Counted from the first letter of the stretch, positions 1-12,374 are shown. The stretch: 64,000 bases of DNA from Lingula anatina (GCA_051362555.1 CM120640.1:10850001-10914000), one strand, 5' to 3'. The notes: generated by a model not told the origin, from the sequence alone. A program made the numbers and translations.

Positions 1-658
1 GTGTTATGAATTAATTTTTGACACTTCTGTTTGTTTGAGAGGTACTTTTCATGATTGATAAAATTTCTGCTGCTGAAGCTTATCTGCTAAGACCCCCATT
101 ACACAGAAAGGTGAATCTTGCACCTCCTTTTGTGCCACCATGAAACATGTCAGGCCACTATTGGAGGCTCAAAAGAGACTGGGTACACTCAGCTCATACA
201 AGGGTGGTAGACAGGATGTTCAAATGTTGCCATGGTTGCCACAAATTTTTTTAGCATGCTCAAAAAATTATGTAATCTGCTCCAAAAGGGGGGGTGGGGT
301 GGAGACCAGGTAGAAGCTTTTATAAAAACTGTTGCCTCGTTTCTGGATATTGATAAAGGTGTCTTGTGAGACATTGAAATATTAGAGTTCTACAGGAAAA
401 TCCCCAATTTGGGTATTCATATTAGGCACAAGAATTGCTGGAACATTTATATAGAGATGTAAAGTGAAAGTGGCTCTGTGTAAAACTGAATGGGCTTAAC
501 ATAATAAGAATCATCTTCATATTTTTTAGAAGTCCCAATAGATATATATGATTAATTAATTTTAATGTCAAGCTACATAATGAGTATTTATGGAGTATTG
601 AAGGATGATTTTTTGTTGTGCAGTGTTTTCAATTAAGAGAGAAATATTGACCTTTTAG

Positions 659-765
659 ATACATGATGAAGAAATGAAGAGTTTCACTTTCAAAGTTGCC
701 CAGATTATACAGGAAAGAGACTCAGACTTGGCAATCAAATTGGGGCAGGCTTGCATACCATCAGG

Positions 766-812
<47 letters not shown>

Positions 813-3800
813 TACAAACACACACACGTTTCATCTATTTTTTGTGATATTTTTTAACTTTTTTACATTATTTTTTTATTCTTAGAAAAAATTATAACTA
901 CTGAAGCAGCCAGACAAAGTGTATTTGAGGAAGGTTTGACAACTTTAGTGAGACCTTGCATAAAAGCATTATTTGTAGGTAAGTCACTTTGAAGATTTGT
1001 TGTGATTGTATATTGTTGCAATTAAAATGAAGTATGCAATAACTTTTTGATGGGTGATAATTCTCCTCTTATTTGAGTTTTTGAGCATTTTTCAGCTCAT
1101 GTAACATTGATATAGTATAAAATTCAATTGGAGAATAAAGAAATTGAAATAATTGAAAAAAAAAGAAAGAAAGTGAACCAGCCTCTGTAGTATTTCCACA
1201 ACATGTTTATATTTTAGGCTTCCTGAATATTGACACAGTGCTGTATATATGGGACCAGTATATCATAGGTTTGGATGTACCTGGCTACCACACAGAATGT
1301 CTTCCAGTGTTCACAGTGGTATATCTCATGCTTCTCAAGGATCAACTAATGCGTTGTGATGATGTAGGTTATTTTGCTGCATGCATAAGACAAGCATTGT
1401 GTCTTAAATTGTATTAGTACCTTGCCATTAATCATCACCAAGTAGCTTATAACCCCCAAATCAGGGGTGAACATCATTATGTGTTTTTTAGCTTCTTTAC
1501 TTTTGTGGAGTCCATGTAGATAATAGTAATACTTATAGTTTTTAATTAGAATAATCAATTTTATTAATGTTCAGCAGAAACTGTCCTCACTTTTGATGCA
1601 TTATTTGTGGTTTAATTTTAGATCAGTGCAATGGAAACTGTGTTGAAAGAGGGAAGTAGAAATATAAAAACCAGCCAATTTCAGTACTTGGTATGCTAAT
1701 TTGTTTTTTTTTATAGATCTGTATCTGAATCTGGTTATCTGGCCTACATAATGTTATTCTGATTTACATGTCAAATTATCTGAAAATATGCTTCAAATTC
1801 ATTTAGATAAGTCATTTTGTAGAATATTGGTAAATTTTTCATTAATTATTGGACAATTGATTGATTGATTGATTGATGGCAATGAATTACATGTTTTCTT
1901 TGTATGCACATTTGTAATGATATATAAGCATCATATACTTTTTGACTGAGCATCTTTATTTTAAATATTCAAAACTTTCAGAGCATTATTTCGAGATGCA
2001 AAATTTGAATACTATATATTTAGTATAAGAAGCACTGATTTCAGGTTAACAGGTTTTTCTATAGAGATCTATATGGACTATTGAATAAAGATGAGAAGAC
2101 TGGTCTTCCTGTACTTGATCCTTCACAAAGTAAGATTGGGTTCCCATGCCTAAATCGATCCATCTGGATCGGTCTAACTCCTTGGGGAGTGTCACTAAAT
2201 TTGCTATCAACTGACTGGCTTAAATGTCTGTCACGCCTACCGAATCAGCTATGGGGTAAAGATAATTACCCACTAACAGCATTACTAGGCGTGACAGATA
2301 TTTAAGCCAGTCAAGTTGATAGCAATTTAGTGAGACTCCCCAGGGAGATAGATTGAAGTTATAGAGATAAGCTTTTATCAATGATTATGAAAGGCAGATT
2401 CAACAAAACATTATGTTACCAGTAGGATAAATTACCTAATTTTGATAACTACCGTCAGTCAGGAATACATGTACAGTCAGGAATGAATGTACATGTATGA
2501 TTTATAAATGTTGAATATATTGTATGTTCCTTCAGCACAGTTTATGATGAAGCACATTAATAAATAGCCTGATTTTCAGATCTGATCTGGGCTTGAAGCC
2601 AAGGGTAAATAAAAAAGCATACTACAATAAAAATGAACTTTTTTCACCTACAATAACTTTAATTTCCTTGCAGCAAAGTATCCACCTTGGCATCACTGGT
2701 CAAAGGGAAGGATACCTTCACACACTACAGCAGAGACAAGAAGGTTGGCAAGAGAACAAAGGGAATATGAGAGAGAAAGGTTTGTGATTGAATATGAGAG
2801 ATCTTAAGTATGATAATACATACATTATTCTTGAGACCCAAATGTTTTTCATACTTTATATGAAATTTAGTTCTGTTGGTTTAAACATATTTCCATTGTC
2901 TCTGTATTATTTGTTTATTTTTCAGATTACTTCAGCAACAGAGGGAAGCAGATGACAAGAGAAGAGATGCAGAGGAGCAACAGAGAAGGTATTAAGTAAT
3001 GAAACTTTCATGTAAATTGTAAACCCGTGCAGACAGTCAGTATAATTTTTCTTTTTAAAAAGGAAATAGAAACCCGCTTCCCTAAAACAGTTTTAATTTA
3101 ACAGGGGAGGGATTTATATCGGTATAATTCCCTGAACAGGGTATGATGAACAATTATTAACAGGCAATGAAGCATTATTAAGTTGATTTCCGTAATACAA
3201 TTACACAAATCATTATGATTTACCACTAAGCATTTGCACTTTCGCAGGCCTGCATAATTCATTTAAACTGAATTACCACTGGTGTATCAGCCATATTCGC
3301 CTCATCACAAACGTAAGCAAACCTGATGGTCCCAAGTAAAGTAAAATGTAGCCTTACAAACTATGGATGCCCTGATGCTTGCAGTTTTCTTCATGATTAT
3401 GTAAGGCAGATTCAATACACAAATCAGGTTGTAGTTTTTCTCAAAGTAATTTAGGGAATTTTCTCAGGATTGATTATGGAGTAGTATCACAAGAAGATTA
3501 GGTTATACCAGTACAAATGGTTACCCACTGTAGTCAGAAGATGAGTAATGTTGCAATCATATGTGATGTCATATTTACAGGGATGCAGAATATCAAAATA
3601 AACGAAGAGCTGCTGCAGACTTAGAAAAAGTAGATGAAGAAAAATTATATTTGGAAAATCTTTTAGATGAGGTATGATCTTTAAGATTCTTAAAAGAACA
3701 TTTATTTTAGTTAAATTTAATGTTTCCCTCTGATGAAGTCCACATCCATTTTCCCACTGTGGTTTAATTTTTCTTACAAATATTTGTAAGATGAATAATT

Positions 3801-5313
3801 ACTCATTTAAAAAAAAAAACAATGCACTATGATTAGTAGTTTCATCTAAGCTGTCATCACAGCCATACATATTCATCACTAGTTAATGAAAATCTGCATT
3901 AACATGGAGGTAAAAATTTGCTAAGAGGAAAGTTTTTAAAAGGCATGACAATATAAAAGGTTTTGAAACATTACATCTAAAGTTTTTCTATATTTATTTA
4001 TTTATGTATTGCTAGGAGAGAAGACGAAGGGAAGAATCAGAAAGGAGAGCTGCAGCAGAGATCGAGAGATTGCAGAAAGAAATTGAAGCAATGAAGGGAA
4101 GGAAATTTGTAAGTTACCTTTTTCAAGAGATCACTCAGTAATAAGCAGAATATGTTGTTCATTGATATAAAAAAGTATATTACATGTACTTTTTGTTTCA
4201 AGTATTTGAAATTTAATTCTGTATTCTATTTTACATTTTTCTTGCCAGAAATCTCCAGCTCCATCTGTCTTCTCACTGAGGTCTGTTATCAGGTAGAGAT
4301 CATTTAAATATTTCTTTTTAAATATAGATACATTTCAATTTTATAACTTAATTGATAGTTTACAAACTTAAAGTAAAATTTCAGTCACCATAGAATACAT
4401 TTAGTCTAGAAAAATATTGATCAAGTCAATTTTATACAGTAGCAATCAATGTGTCATCATTTGAATTTATTTACAATAATTAACAAGTGGGTTTCCCCTT
4501 TGGTTTCTGCAGTCCTTTTTTTTTATCTAAATAGTAACAGTAGAAATATTCTTTTTAAGCTACCTGATCCCAGCTCCACCACCCAGTAGAGTATCAGGTG
4601 CTGTGACAAAGTTCAACATACTTCCACCTCCAAGGTCCCCTACTCCACATGACCCTGAGAAAGTCCAGGCACAGAGGATCATGCTGGACATACTAGGAAA
4701 GGTACAACAGACAATTTTTAAAAGTAAGTACTAATAAACATGTATATATTTATGACATATTTTTGCATCATTCTTATTTATTCCAATTATGTTGGAGATT
4801 TTTATTAAATAAATATTGCTTAGTAATGAATCCATTTACAGGCAATTCTAATTTTGTTTAATTGACTGCACATGCAAGTTGCAATACCTGTATATTGCAG
4901 TCAACCATGAAAGAAAATTAGACAATGCCATTTAGCTTACTGATAACTTCAGTTATACCAGTAAAGATGTTAAATCATATCTTATACCCCGGTAGACACA
5001 GACATTCATTCTAATAACATCGTTTTTTAACTTACAGTTTCTCAAGGCGACTCTAAAGAAGCAGCTGACCTAGATAAAGAGTCAAGAGAAGCTTTGAAAA
5101 ACCACAGAAATGATTTCAAATTTGCAGAGGTACTTTACTGTGAAAAAACTACAACATAAAGGATTTTAGAATATTACTCCATTAGTGCCCTTTACATTTT
5201 CAATAAAGATACAAGTGTGATTAGGTAGAATGGATTCATTATTGAGGGGGTGTTGAGTAAGAACTATTACAGAAATTATTATTTCAAGTTGTTTTCAGGA
5301 CACCCAAACTTAT

Positions 5314-5361
<48 letters not shown>

Positions 5362-5698
5362 CATCGTTAGTCACCCTGTGTTTCAGAGGTCACTGGAAAC
5401 ACAGCATGCCTCTGCAGCTTACAACAAACACTATAACTCCTGGTATGCTAAGCCTACATAGCATTTGTATGAAAATGATTTACTTTGTATGCATATATGC
5501 TGTATATAATCACTGAATTATATTAATTCCCTGTCTAAAAACCTTTTGCAGAAACAAGTGTTTGGAAGGGAGCTTAGACCCGGGGAGTTTGATTCTCTAC
5601 CTGAAGATGAAAAGGAGAAGAAAAGTGAGGAAATGATGGGTATAATAAAAGAAAGGATTGAAGGGAGGAGAAAAGCAGCTTTGAATAAAAAGAAATGA
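659..5698 (+). CDS. 3' portion of an uncharacterised multi-exon gene with a TBC/Rab-GAP-like C-terminal half-domain, a charged coiled-coil region and a Pro/Ser-rich region (5' end outside or unresolved in window)
   Basis: Phase-consistent GT-AG exons at ~659-764, 886-978, 1218-1363, 1622-1690, 2045-2129, 2674-2779, 2926-2988, 3581-3671, 4016-4108, 4249-4292, 4560-4723, 5038-5129 and 5552-5698 (TGA). The spliced peptide includes LVRPCIKALFVGFLNIDTVLYIWDQYIIG...VYLMLLKDQL, which resembles the TBC-domain F..L...V..IWD segment, followed by E/R/Q-rich helices. The family call is by motif resemblance only. Confidence 0.7.
770..808. repeat. (CT)n microsatellite
   Basis: Run of ctctct... directly after the donor of the 659-764 exon. 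Confidence 0.95.
2133..2354. mobile_element. Palindromic MITE/fold-back element, family A, copy 1 (right end truncated)
   Basis: ~60-bp inverted arms (ctccttggggagtgtcactaaatttgctatcaactgactggcttaaatgtctgtcacgccta / taggcgtgacagatatttaagccagtcaagttgatagcaatttagtgagactccccagggag). Homologous to 23340-23586 and 31981-32202. Confidence 0.8.
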
Positions 5699-8131
5699 GA
5701 GTTCAATTCTGGAAATACATATTACTGATTAAATCATAATGGTGGCATTGAAAGATGTTTTCATTTGGTTCATTAAATGCACGCTGGTCAGCTCAGGATG
5801 GTTAAGGCCATTGATGTTTAGTAATTGTCTGTTAATAACACTCAAGAACTTCCTGGTTAATGTAATGGATGATGACCTGTCTGTGATATATATTCCTTAT
5901 TATCAGTCCATTTACATAACCAAGCCTAAAGTGTTTGTGTATAACCTGTACATCATACAAGCCAATTCTGGCTATGTTTTATTAAGTACATCATGAACAT
6001 TGTGTTGTTATCGACAATTTATAATTCAGGGTGTTAATGTACAGACACGTTAGCCTATTTTGCTGCATAATTATTTACTGTTTTTTTTCTGTACACTTTA
6101 CAGCTTTGCTTCCTTGTTTGTGAACAAATTAGTAATTAGAAAACTTGGAATATGTAATTCATCATAATTTAAATAAACACTGTAAAAATGCTATTTGTAA
6201 AATTATTTGTAAGTCATTATTTGAAAAATAACAAGCAGTATAATATACCATACAATGTACCTGTAATATCATTTATTGATACATAACAAGGGTACTGATT
6301 GTTGTTTTAACGAAAGGCTTAAAAGGCTTACATGTGAGTACATCAGACTGAATTTTGAAATAAAGTTATCAATTAAAATTTGTCATTGGTGTCAGTGGTA
6401 TTTTGGCAAAGTAACAGTCACCTTTATTTATTATGAGGATATATTCAGAAGAATACCCTTATGCTTCTTAACCTGTATGCTGTTTCTGGTTACTTTACAT
6501 TAAAAAAAATAAACATTTCAAATTTCGATTACAAAATATGTTGGATCACAAAATGTGTTGGCACACTATTTTAAATTACCTGACTTTATTTTATTGGATA
6601 TGGACACATCATTAGCAAATGCTCATCGTCATAAAATTCATGGACTTCTGTTGAAACACAGGCATGCTTCACAAGCAAAGTTTGGGACAAGGACCCTCTT
6701 GCTTATCCTAAATATTACAATCGATGAAAAGTATTACCCTTTTCCAAAATTGAAAACAATGCCAACGTGGGTCCAGCAGGGTGAACTGTTTTTAGATTTA
6801 CAATGGCATATGATAAGCCCAAGACAAAGGTAACCATATGTTTGTTTCAAATTTTATTCCTTATCTTTAGTTTTGCTACGGGTTACCATCAGACATTGTC
6901 CCCTTTTAATGAATCAGTTACATTATTTATTGGAACTGTATATTGCCAATCACTCAATCGTCAGTTTGCCGGGTCGTTTTTATTAATCAAGTAATCGTAC
7001 TCTTACACTCTTATTGAATGTTTTTGTCATGCATTTATTGTATTGCTGCAGTTCTAACAAGTACGTGCATTTGATTGAAAATGGCTCCGCGCTGATATGG
7101 TTATATTCTTGAGGCTTAGCGTCTTTCTCACGTCTTGACATGGATACATGGTTTAATCTGACACTTCAACTTTCATATACATTCATTCTTGATGTTTTAA
7201 CAGACGTTCACAAAATAAGGATTAACCACATCAAGATTTGCACATAAATTCTACTTTCTATGTAGTTTTTCAGACTGCCACTAGATGGCATACATGTGTA
7301 TGACATGTAAAATCATGCACAACTACATTATGTACAGAAGCAAAATACATGCATGTTGTACCTTCATAAATGCCACTTAGTCTATCAATTGACTGAATAA
7401 TGGCAATCATTACTAGTCTGAGGGTTGATATTTTGAGTGCTTAAAGATGTACAGATCAATCAAAATAACTGTTCTTGCATCTTTCTACCATCTTATTCAA
7501 GAGACCTGAACTAATGTCCTAAGGGCCTTTATAATGATAACAAATGATTAGATAAGTCTCTGTGGTAGTGAAATGCTTTAAATTTTAAGACTCAATCTTT
7601 TCAATTGGGAAAAACAATCTTTCAAATACATAATTTTAGAATCATTAAAAGTCCTATTACTGCCCTTTTAAGGTTGCTTGCTTTTCTGTTTTATTGCCAC
7701 TAACCAAATAGCAATGTTTTTCTTTTAAAAATTTATGACTTTAAAAAATTAAGTATCTATAAAATTCACAAGTTTCCCTTTGAAAAGATCATTGTCATAT
7801 ACATTGTGATATTTTGTGCCATTGAGTGAAACCTGATTGAAATAAATTTTGGATAGTGAATGGATTTTACCTTCCTTAATCTTGTGAACTATCCCTTTGA
7901 ATAATATTTTAACGAAGACTTGGGGGTAGTATTTGAATATAATTCATAAACTTGATATTTTACTTATATGAATTTCTGGTATATGCAGATTGTATTTTAC
8001 TGTGTAAGCAGTGTTTATAAATTAGAGCTCTAGTAAGCTTTTGCATGTACAGTATCTGCTGGTACCTGTAAGTGTTACTCTGTACAATAAGGCAAATTAT
8101 GTTTATGACGATTTTTTATGGTTTAGAGTAG

Positions 8132-8407
8132 TGTAGAACTTACATAATGGCTATGTGATAACATCTCAAACAATTATGGTAGAGTGTTGCATTGCAGTGG
8201 TTATGCAGTGGTAAACTAGCCAATCATATTTATTGGACTTGTAGCATTGGGTCATTTGCATAACTGGTACTATAATAAAGAGCTGCACAGGTAGTGCAGT
8301 AGTTAGTTATTGTTCACTTGTGTTAGAGTTACTTACTTCAGGTGTCCAGGTAGACTTCAGCAGATATTATTAGTTTGTAAAAATACCAAAATATTCAGTG
8401 TGCTACA
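8132..8407 (+). repeat. 5' LTR
   Basis: Identical by eye to 12386-12661. TG...CA ends with a 5-bp inverted repeat; contains TATAATAAA. Confidence 0.97.
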
Positions 8408-8408
8408 T

Positions 8409-8425
8409 TGGTGACCCCGACGTGA
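8409..8425 (+). promoter_or_regulatory. Primer-binding site complementary to the tRNA-Trp 3' end
   Basis: TGGTGACCCCGACGTGA, one nt after the LTR, is the reverse complement of metazoan tRNA-Trp ...TCACGTCGGGGTCACCA. Confidence 0.9.
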
Positions 8426-8428
8426 GCA

Positions 8429-9235
8429 ATGGATTCAGATGGAATTAAACAGCTGGCAGATGCTATCAGACAACAAACCCTGGACATATATCAAGGTTCT
8501 ACAGTGCAAACAATATCAGCTGTTTCATTTAAAGCACCACCATTTTGGAACACAAACGCATCTGCTTGGTTTTTATGTCTGGAATCATCCTTTGCAACAC
8601 ACCAGCCAGCCATTACAAATGACTTGACTAAATTTCATCATGTAGTGCAACTCCTGGACTCGTCAACCTCCAGACGTGTTCAGTCAGTAATTGAGAGACC
8701 ACCTCAGACAGGAAAGTATGAAGCACTAAAGCATGCACTGTTAGAAGCCTATGAAGCCACACAATACCAAAAGGATACAGCATTACTTAATATAAATGGT
8801 CTAGGAGACAAACGACCTACGGAACTATTGATGCATATGCGCTCTTTAAATGCAGATCCAAGCACACTTTTTCGCACATTATTCATCAATCAGATGCCAA
8901 CAGAAGTGAGACGGATTCTTGCACAATCACCAGAAGTTGATCTTGACACCTTAGCTAAAATGGCTGATCGGATTTTAGAAGTAGACCCTCTTACCCCTTC
9001 TTCAATTTCTGTGACTACCACAGTGCCTGAAGAAAATCTTACAACAATAACTGATACAGAAATAAACGCCATGAAATCTCAGAACCAACGCACTGGCACT
9101 ATCAAGTTCAAATTATGTAAATATCATTCATGGTTCGGACATAAAGCCAGGAAATGTGAACAAATCATTGATGGCTGTCCTTGTCCAATGTCTACACGAA
9201 GACAACAGGGAAACGACAAAGCCAGCAGAAATTAG
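8429..9235 (+). CDS. gag: Retrotransposon Gag (268 aa)
   Basis: ORF begins 3 nt after the PBS. Contains KAPPFW...WF...E..F, LGDKRPTELL, and a C-terminal CxxH-type zinc knuckle (CKYHSWFGHKARKC). Confidence 0.92.
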   Translation: MDSDGIKQLADAIRQQTLDIYQGSTVQTISAVSFKAPPFWNTNASAWFLCLESSFATHQPAITNDLTKFHHVVQLLDSSTSRRVQSVIERPPQTGKYEALKHALLEAYEATQYQKDTALLNINGLGDKRPTELLMHMRSLNADPSTLFRTLFINQMPTEVRRILAQSPEVDLDTLAKMADRILEVDPLTPSSISVTTTVPEENLTTITDTEINAMKSQNQRTGTIKFKLCKYHSWFGHKARKCEQIIDGCPCPMSTRRQQGNDKASRN

Positions 9236-12200
9236 TGAGCACTGCTGGTCTATCTGATGCTCCACAAATTTCTACGATCAATATGGGGACAATCACCGTT
9301 TCTGATATTGTCACTGGGCGCACTTTCCTTGTAGATACAGGAGCAGAAGAATCCGTTTTTCCTGCTAACCGATTTGACCGACAACGAACCAGTGGCCCAA
9401 GTCTTATTGCAGCAAATGGAACAAAAATACCTACTTACGGAAAAAGGAAGATGATTTTAAAACTAGGGAAAGGAACAAAATTCACTCAAGAATTCTGGGT
9501 AGCTGACGTCACACAATCCATTCTAGGTGCTGACTTTTTCACTACTCATCGTTTGGCCATTGACCTTTCCAACAGAAAGTTAATCTCATTGGATGGAAAA
9601 ACGGTCATTCATGCTCACCTCACTAGATCTCAGCAACAAGGGATTCACAAAGTTCACACAAGATATGAAGCAGTATTAGAAAACTACCCGGAGCTCTTAG
9701 TGTCATCCTTTAAGGAAAATAAACACGGAGTAGAACATCACATCCCAACCGTTGGATCTCCAGTTAAAGCCAGAGTACGTCGTCTTGACCAAGAAAAGCT
9801 TACTGCAGCAAAAATGGAATTCAAGGAAATGGAGAATCTGGGGATAGTGCGTCGTTCCTCTTCACCATGGTCATCTCCACTACATATAGTGAAGAAAAAC
9901 AATGGTGGCTGGAGACCTTGTGGAGATTATCGTCGACTTAATGACATCACCATAGACGATCGTTATCCTCTACCTCATATACAAGATCTCAATTCATCAC
10001 TCAATGGAAAGACAATATTCTCTAAGATCGATTTGATTCGGGGATATCACCAGATACCAGTTGCCAAACATGATATTCCTAAGACTGCAGTCATCACACC
10101 TTTTGGACTTTATGAGTTCCTTAAAATGCCTTTTGGGCTTAAAAATGCAGCACAGGCGTTCCAAAGATTAATGGATGGCATTCTACAGGAACTTGACTGT
10201 TGTTTTGTGTATCTTGATGACATTTTAATAGCAAGTTCCACACCTGAACAACATGAGGAGGATCTTAAAGCAGTTTTCAACCTGTTAAGGACAAATGGAC
10301 TTGTTATTAACAAGAAAAAGTGTGTATTTGGACAATCTGACGTTGAATTTCTAGGTCATTCAGTGTCTGCAGCTGGAGTTCAACCACTTGCAGAAAAAGT
10401 GAAAGCAGTAGCAGATTTTCCACCACCCAAGGATAAAAAAGGCCTTCAAAGATTTCTGGGAATGCTGAATTTCTACCATCGTTTTCTTCCTGGAATCGCA
10501 CATCGAATAATACCTCTTACTGAAGCTACCAAGGGCAGAGCCAAGACTTTGCAGTGGACCCCTGAATGCCAATTAGCATTTCAGGATGCTAAAATGGCTC
10601 TTGCTTCTGCAACTATGCTTCATCACCCTGAACCACAGGCAGCAACCAAGATATCAGTGGACGCTTCTGACGCTGCAATAGGAGCAGAACTTTCTCAGTT
10701 TCAATCAGGGATGTGGAAACCTATTGCTTTCTTTTCTAGAAAACTCACACCTACCCAGAAACGATACTCCACTTTTGACCGTGAGCTTTTGGCAATTTAC
10801 AGTACCATCCGCCATTTCAGATATTTTTTGGAGGGAAGACCATTCACCATTTTCACTGATCATAAACCTCTCACTTTTGCGTTCAAGAGTACATCTGACA
10901 GATCACCACGTCAAGAGAGACAATTATCATTTATTGCTGAATTTACAACTGATATACGACATATCAGTGGAACTGATAACATTGTCCCAGACACTCTGTC
11001 CAGAGCCCCAGTGGAAACTGATGAGCCACTTATTGCCTCCACAGTTACAATGCCGACAATTGACCTTACACAGTTAGCAGCATCACAAAAGACTGACACA
11101 AAGATGGTTGAACTGTGCGCCAATCCAGGATCTTTGAAGTTAAAGGAAGTCATCTTTGGTGAGGTTAAACTTCTCTGTGATACAACTACCAGTCGACCTC
11201 GGCCAGTAGTTCCACCTTCAATGAAGAGGATCATTTTTGAGGCAATACACAATCTTTGTCATCCTGGAACAAAACCAACAATCCGTGCCATTTCAAGTCG
11301 TTATGTCTGGCCTGGACTCAAAAAAGACATTCGTAATTGGGTAAAATCTTGTCATGCCTGTCAAACAAGTAAAATTGGACGTCACACTAGAGCACCGTTA
11401 ACCACCTTTGATCCACCAGATAGACGATTTGGTGATATTCATGTTGATTTGGTTGGACCTCTTCCTCCTTCAGAAAATAACAAATATCTTCTGACAATTG
11501 TTGACAGGTTTACAAGGTGGCCAGAAGCTGTACCTTTACCGAATGCAGAAGCAGTTACTTGTGCCAAAGCTCTTTTATGCTCATGGATATCAAGGTTTGG
11601 TGTTCCAGACTCCATCACATCAGATCAAGGTAGACAATTTACAAGTGAACTTTGGCGTGAGCTTAACAAGGTGCTTGGCATTCAACCTAACACAACAACA
11701 GCCTATCATCCACAATCCAATGGCATGGTTGAAAGATTTCATCGCAGATTGAAAGAAGCCCTCAAAACACGTTTAGACAATGCAAGATGGATGGACCAGT
11801 TACCAATTGTATTACTTGGTATCCGATCAACATGGAAAGAGGACATTGATGCATCACCAGCACTTCTTACCTATGGTACAAATTTAAGAGTACCTGGTGA
11901 CTTTATTCCGAACACAACTGATGACAAATTTTTTCCTAACAATGAATTTGTGCAAGAACTTCAACAAACAATGCAGAAATTGGCTCCTGCTCCTCCATCT
12001 AGACATGGGCAGATTGGTACATATGTACCGTTTGACTTACAACAAGCTGAACATGTATATATAAGACATGATGCTCATCGAGGTACATTGATTAGACCAT
12101 ATGATGGTCCTTACCTTGTCATTTCACGTTCCGACAAATATTTTGATATTTTAAGGAATGGACAAACAATTCGTGTCTCGGTTGACAGACTTAAACCAGC

Positions 12201-12327
12201 TTATAGCAATCCGGTTTCAGTGCACAATCAGACAGTGAATCCACAAACAAAACCAGAGACATGTCTTTCACCTTCTTTAATTAAAACACGTTCCGGTAGA
12301 ATAGTTAAAAAGCCGGAAAGATTTTAA
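9181..12327 (+). CDS. pol: Retrotransposon Pol polyprotein (protease, reverse transcriptase, RNase H, integrase), expressed as Gag-Pol by -1 frameshift
   Basis: FLVDTGA aspartic protease; RT motifs DYRRLN, MPFGL and YLDD; RNase H DAS...ELLAI...TDH; integrase HNLCH...CHAC, D-D-E core (VDLVG, SDQG, VERFH), YDGPY and terminal TRSGR. No internal stops. Confidence 0.97.
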   Translation: MSNVYTKTTGKRQSQQKLVSTAGLSDAPQISTINMGTITVSDIVTGRTFLVDTGAEESVFPANRFDRQRTSGPSLIAANGTKIPTYGKRKMILKLGKGTKFTQEFWVADVTQSILGADFFTTHRLAIDLSNRKLISLDGKTVIHAHLTRSQQQGIHKVHTRYEAVLENYPELLVSSFKENKHGVEHHIPTVGSPVKARVRRLDQEKLTAAKMEFKEMENLGIVRRSSSPWSSPLHIVKKNNGGWRPCGDYRRLNDITIDDRYPLPHIQDLNSSLNGKTIFSKIDLIRGYHQIPVAKHDIPKTAVITPFGLYEFLKMPFGLKNAAQAFQRLMDGILQELDCCFVYLDDILIASSTPEQHEEDLKAVFNLLRTNGLVINKKKCVFGQSDVEFLGHSVSAAGVQPLAEKVKAVADFPPPKDKKGLQRFLGMLNFYHRFLPGIAHRIIPLTEATKGRAKTLQWTPECQLAFQDAKMALASATMLHHPEPQAATKISVDASDAAIGAELSQFQSGMWKPIAFFSRKLTPTQKRYSTFDRELLAIYSTIRHFRYFLEGRPFTIFTDHKPLTFAFKSTSDRSPRQERQLSFIAEFTTDIRHISGTDNIVPDTLSRAPVETDEPLIASTVTMPTIDLTQLAASQKTDTKMVELCANPGSLKLKEVIFGEVKLLCDTTTSRPRPVVPPSMKRIIFEAIHNLCHPGTKPTIRAISSRYVWPGLKKDIRNWVKSCHACQTSKIGRHTRAPLTTFDPPDRRFGDIHVDLVGPLPPSENNKYLLTIVDRFTRWPEAVPLPNAEAVTCAKALLCSWISRFGVPDSITSDQGRQFTSELWRELNKVLGIQPNTTTAYHPQSNGMVERFHRRLKEALKTRLDNARWMDQLPIVLLGIRSTWKEDIDASPALLTYGTNLRVPGDFIPNTTDDKFFPNNEFVQELQQTMQKLAPAPPSRHGQIGTYVPFDLQQAEHVYIRHDAHRGTLIRPYDGPYLVISRSDKYFDILRNGQTIRVSVDRLKPAYSNPVSVHNQTVNPQTKPETCLSPSLIKTRSGRIVKKPERF
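9208..9271 (+). promoter_or_regulatory. -1 programmed ribosomal frameshift signal (slippery heptamer plus stem-loop/pseudoknot)
   Basis: G_GGA_AAC at 9208-9214 in gag frame within the gag/pol overlap. Stem gccagcag (9221-9228) / ctgctggt (9242-9249) begins 6 nt downstream. Confidence 0.85.
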
Positions 12328-12374
12328 ACAATTGATTTTATTAATTTAATTTTAGTAAATGTTTTCAATGTTCT

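Noticed and set aside
5250-5516. 88-aa ORF with poly-Phe
   Set aside because: Arises from an intronic poly-T tract.
10110-11752. Short antisense and alternate-frame ORFs inside pol
   Set aside because: Shadows of the long pol reading frame with no recognisable motifs.
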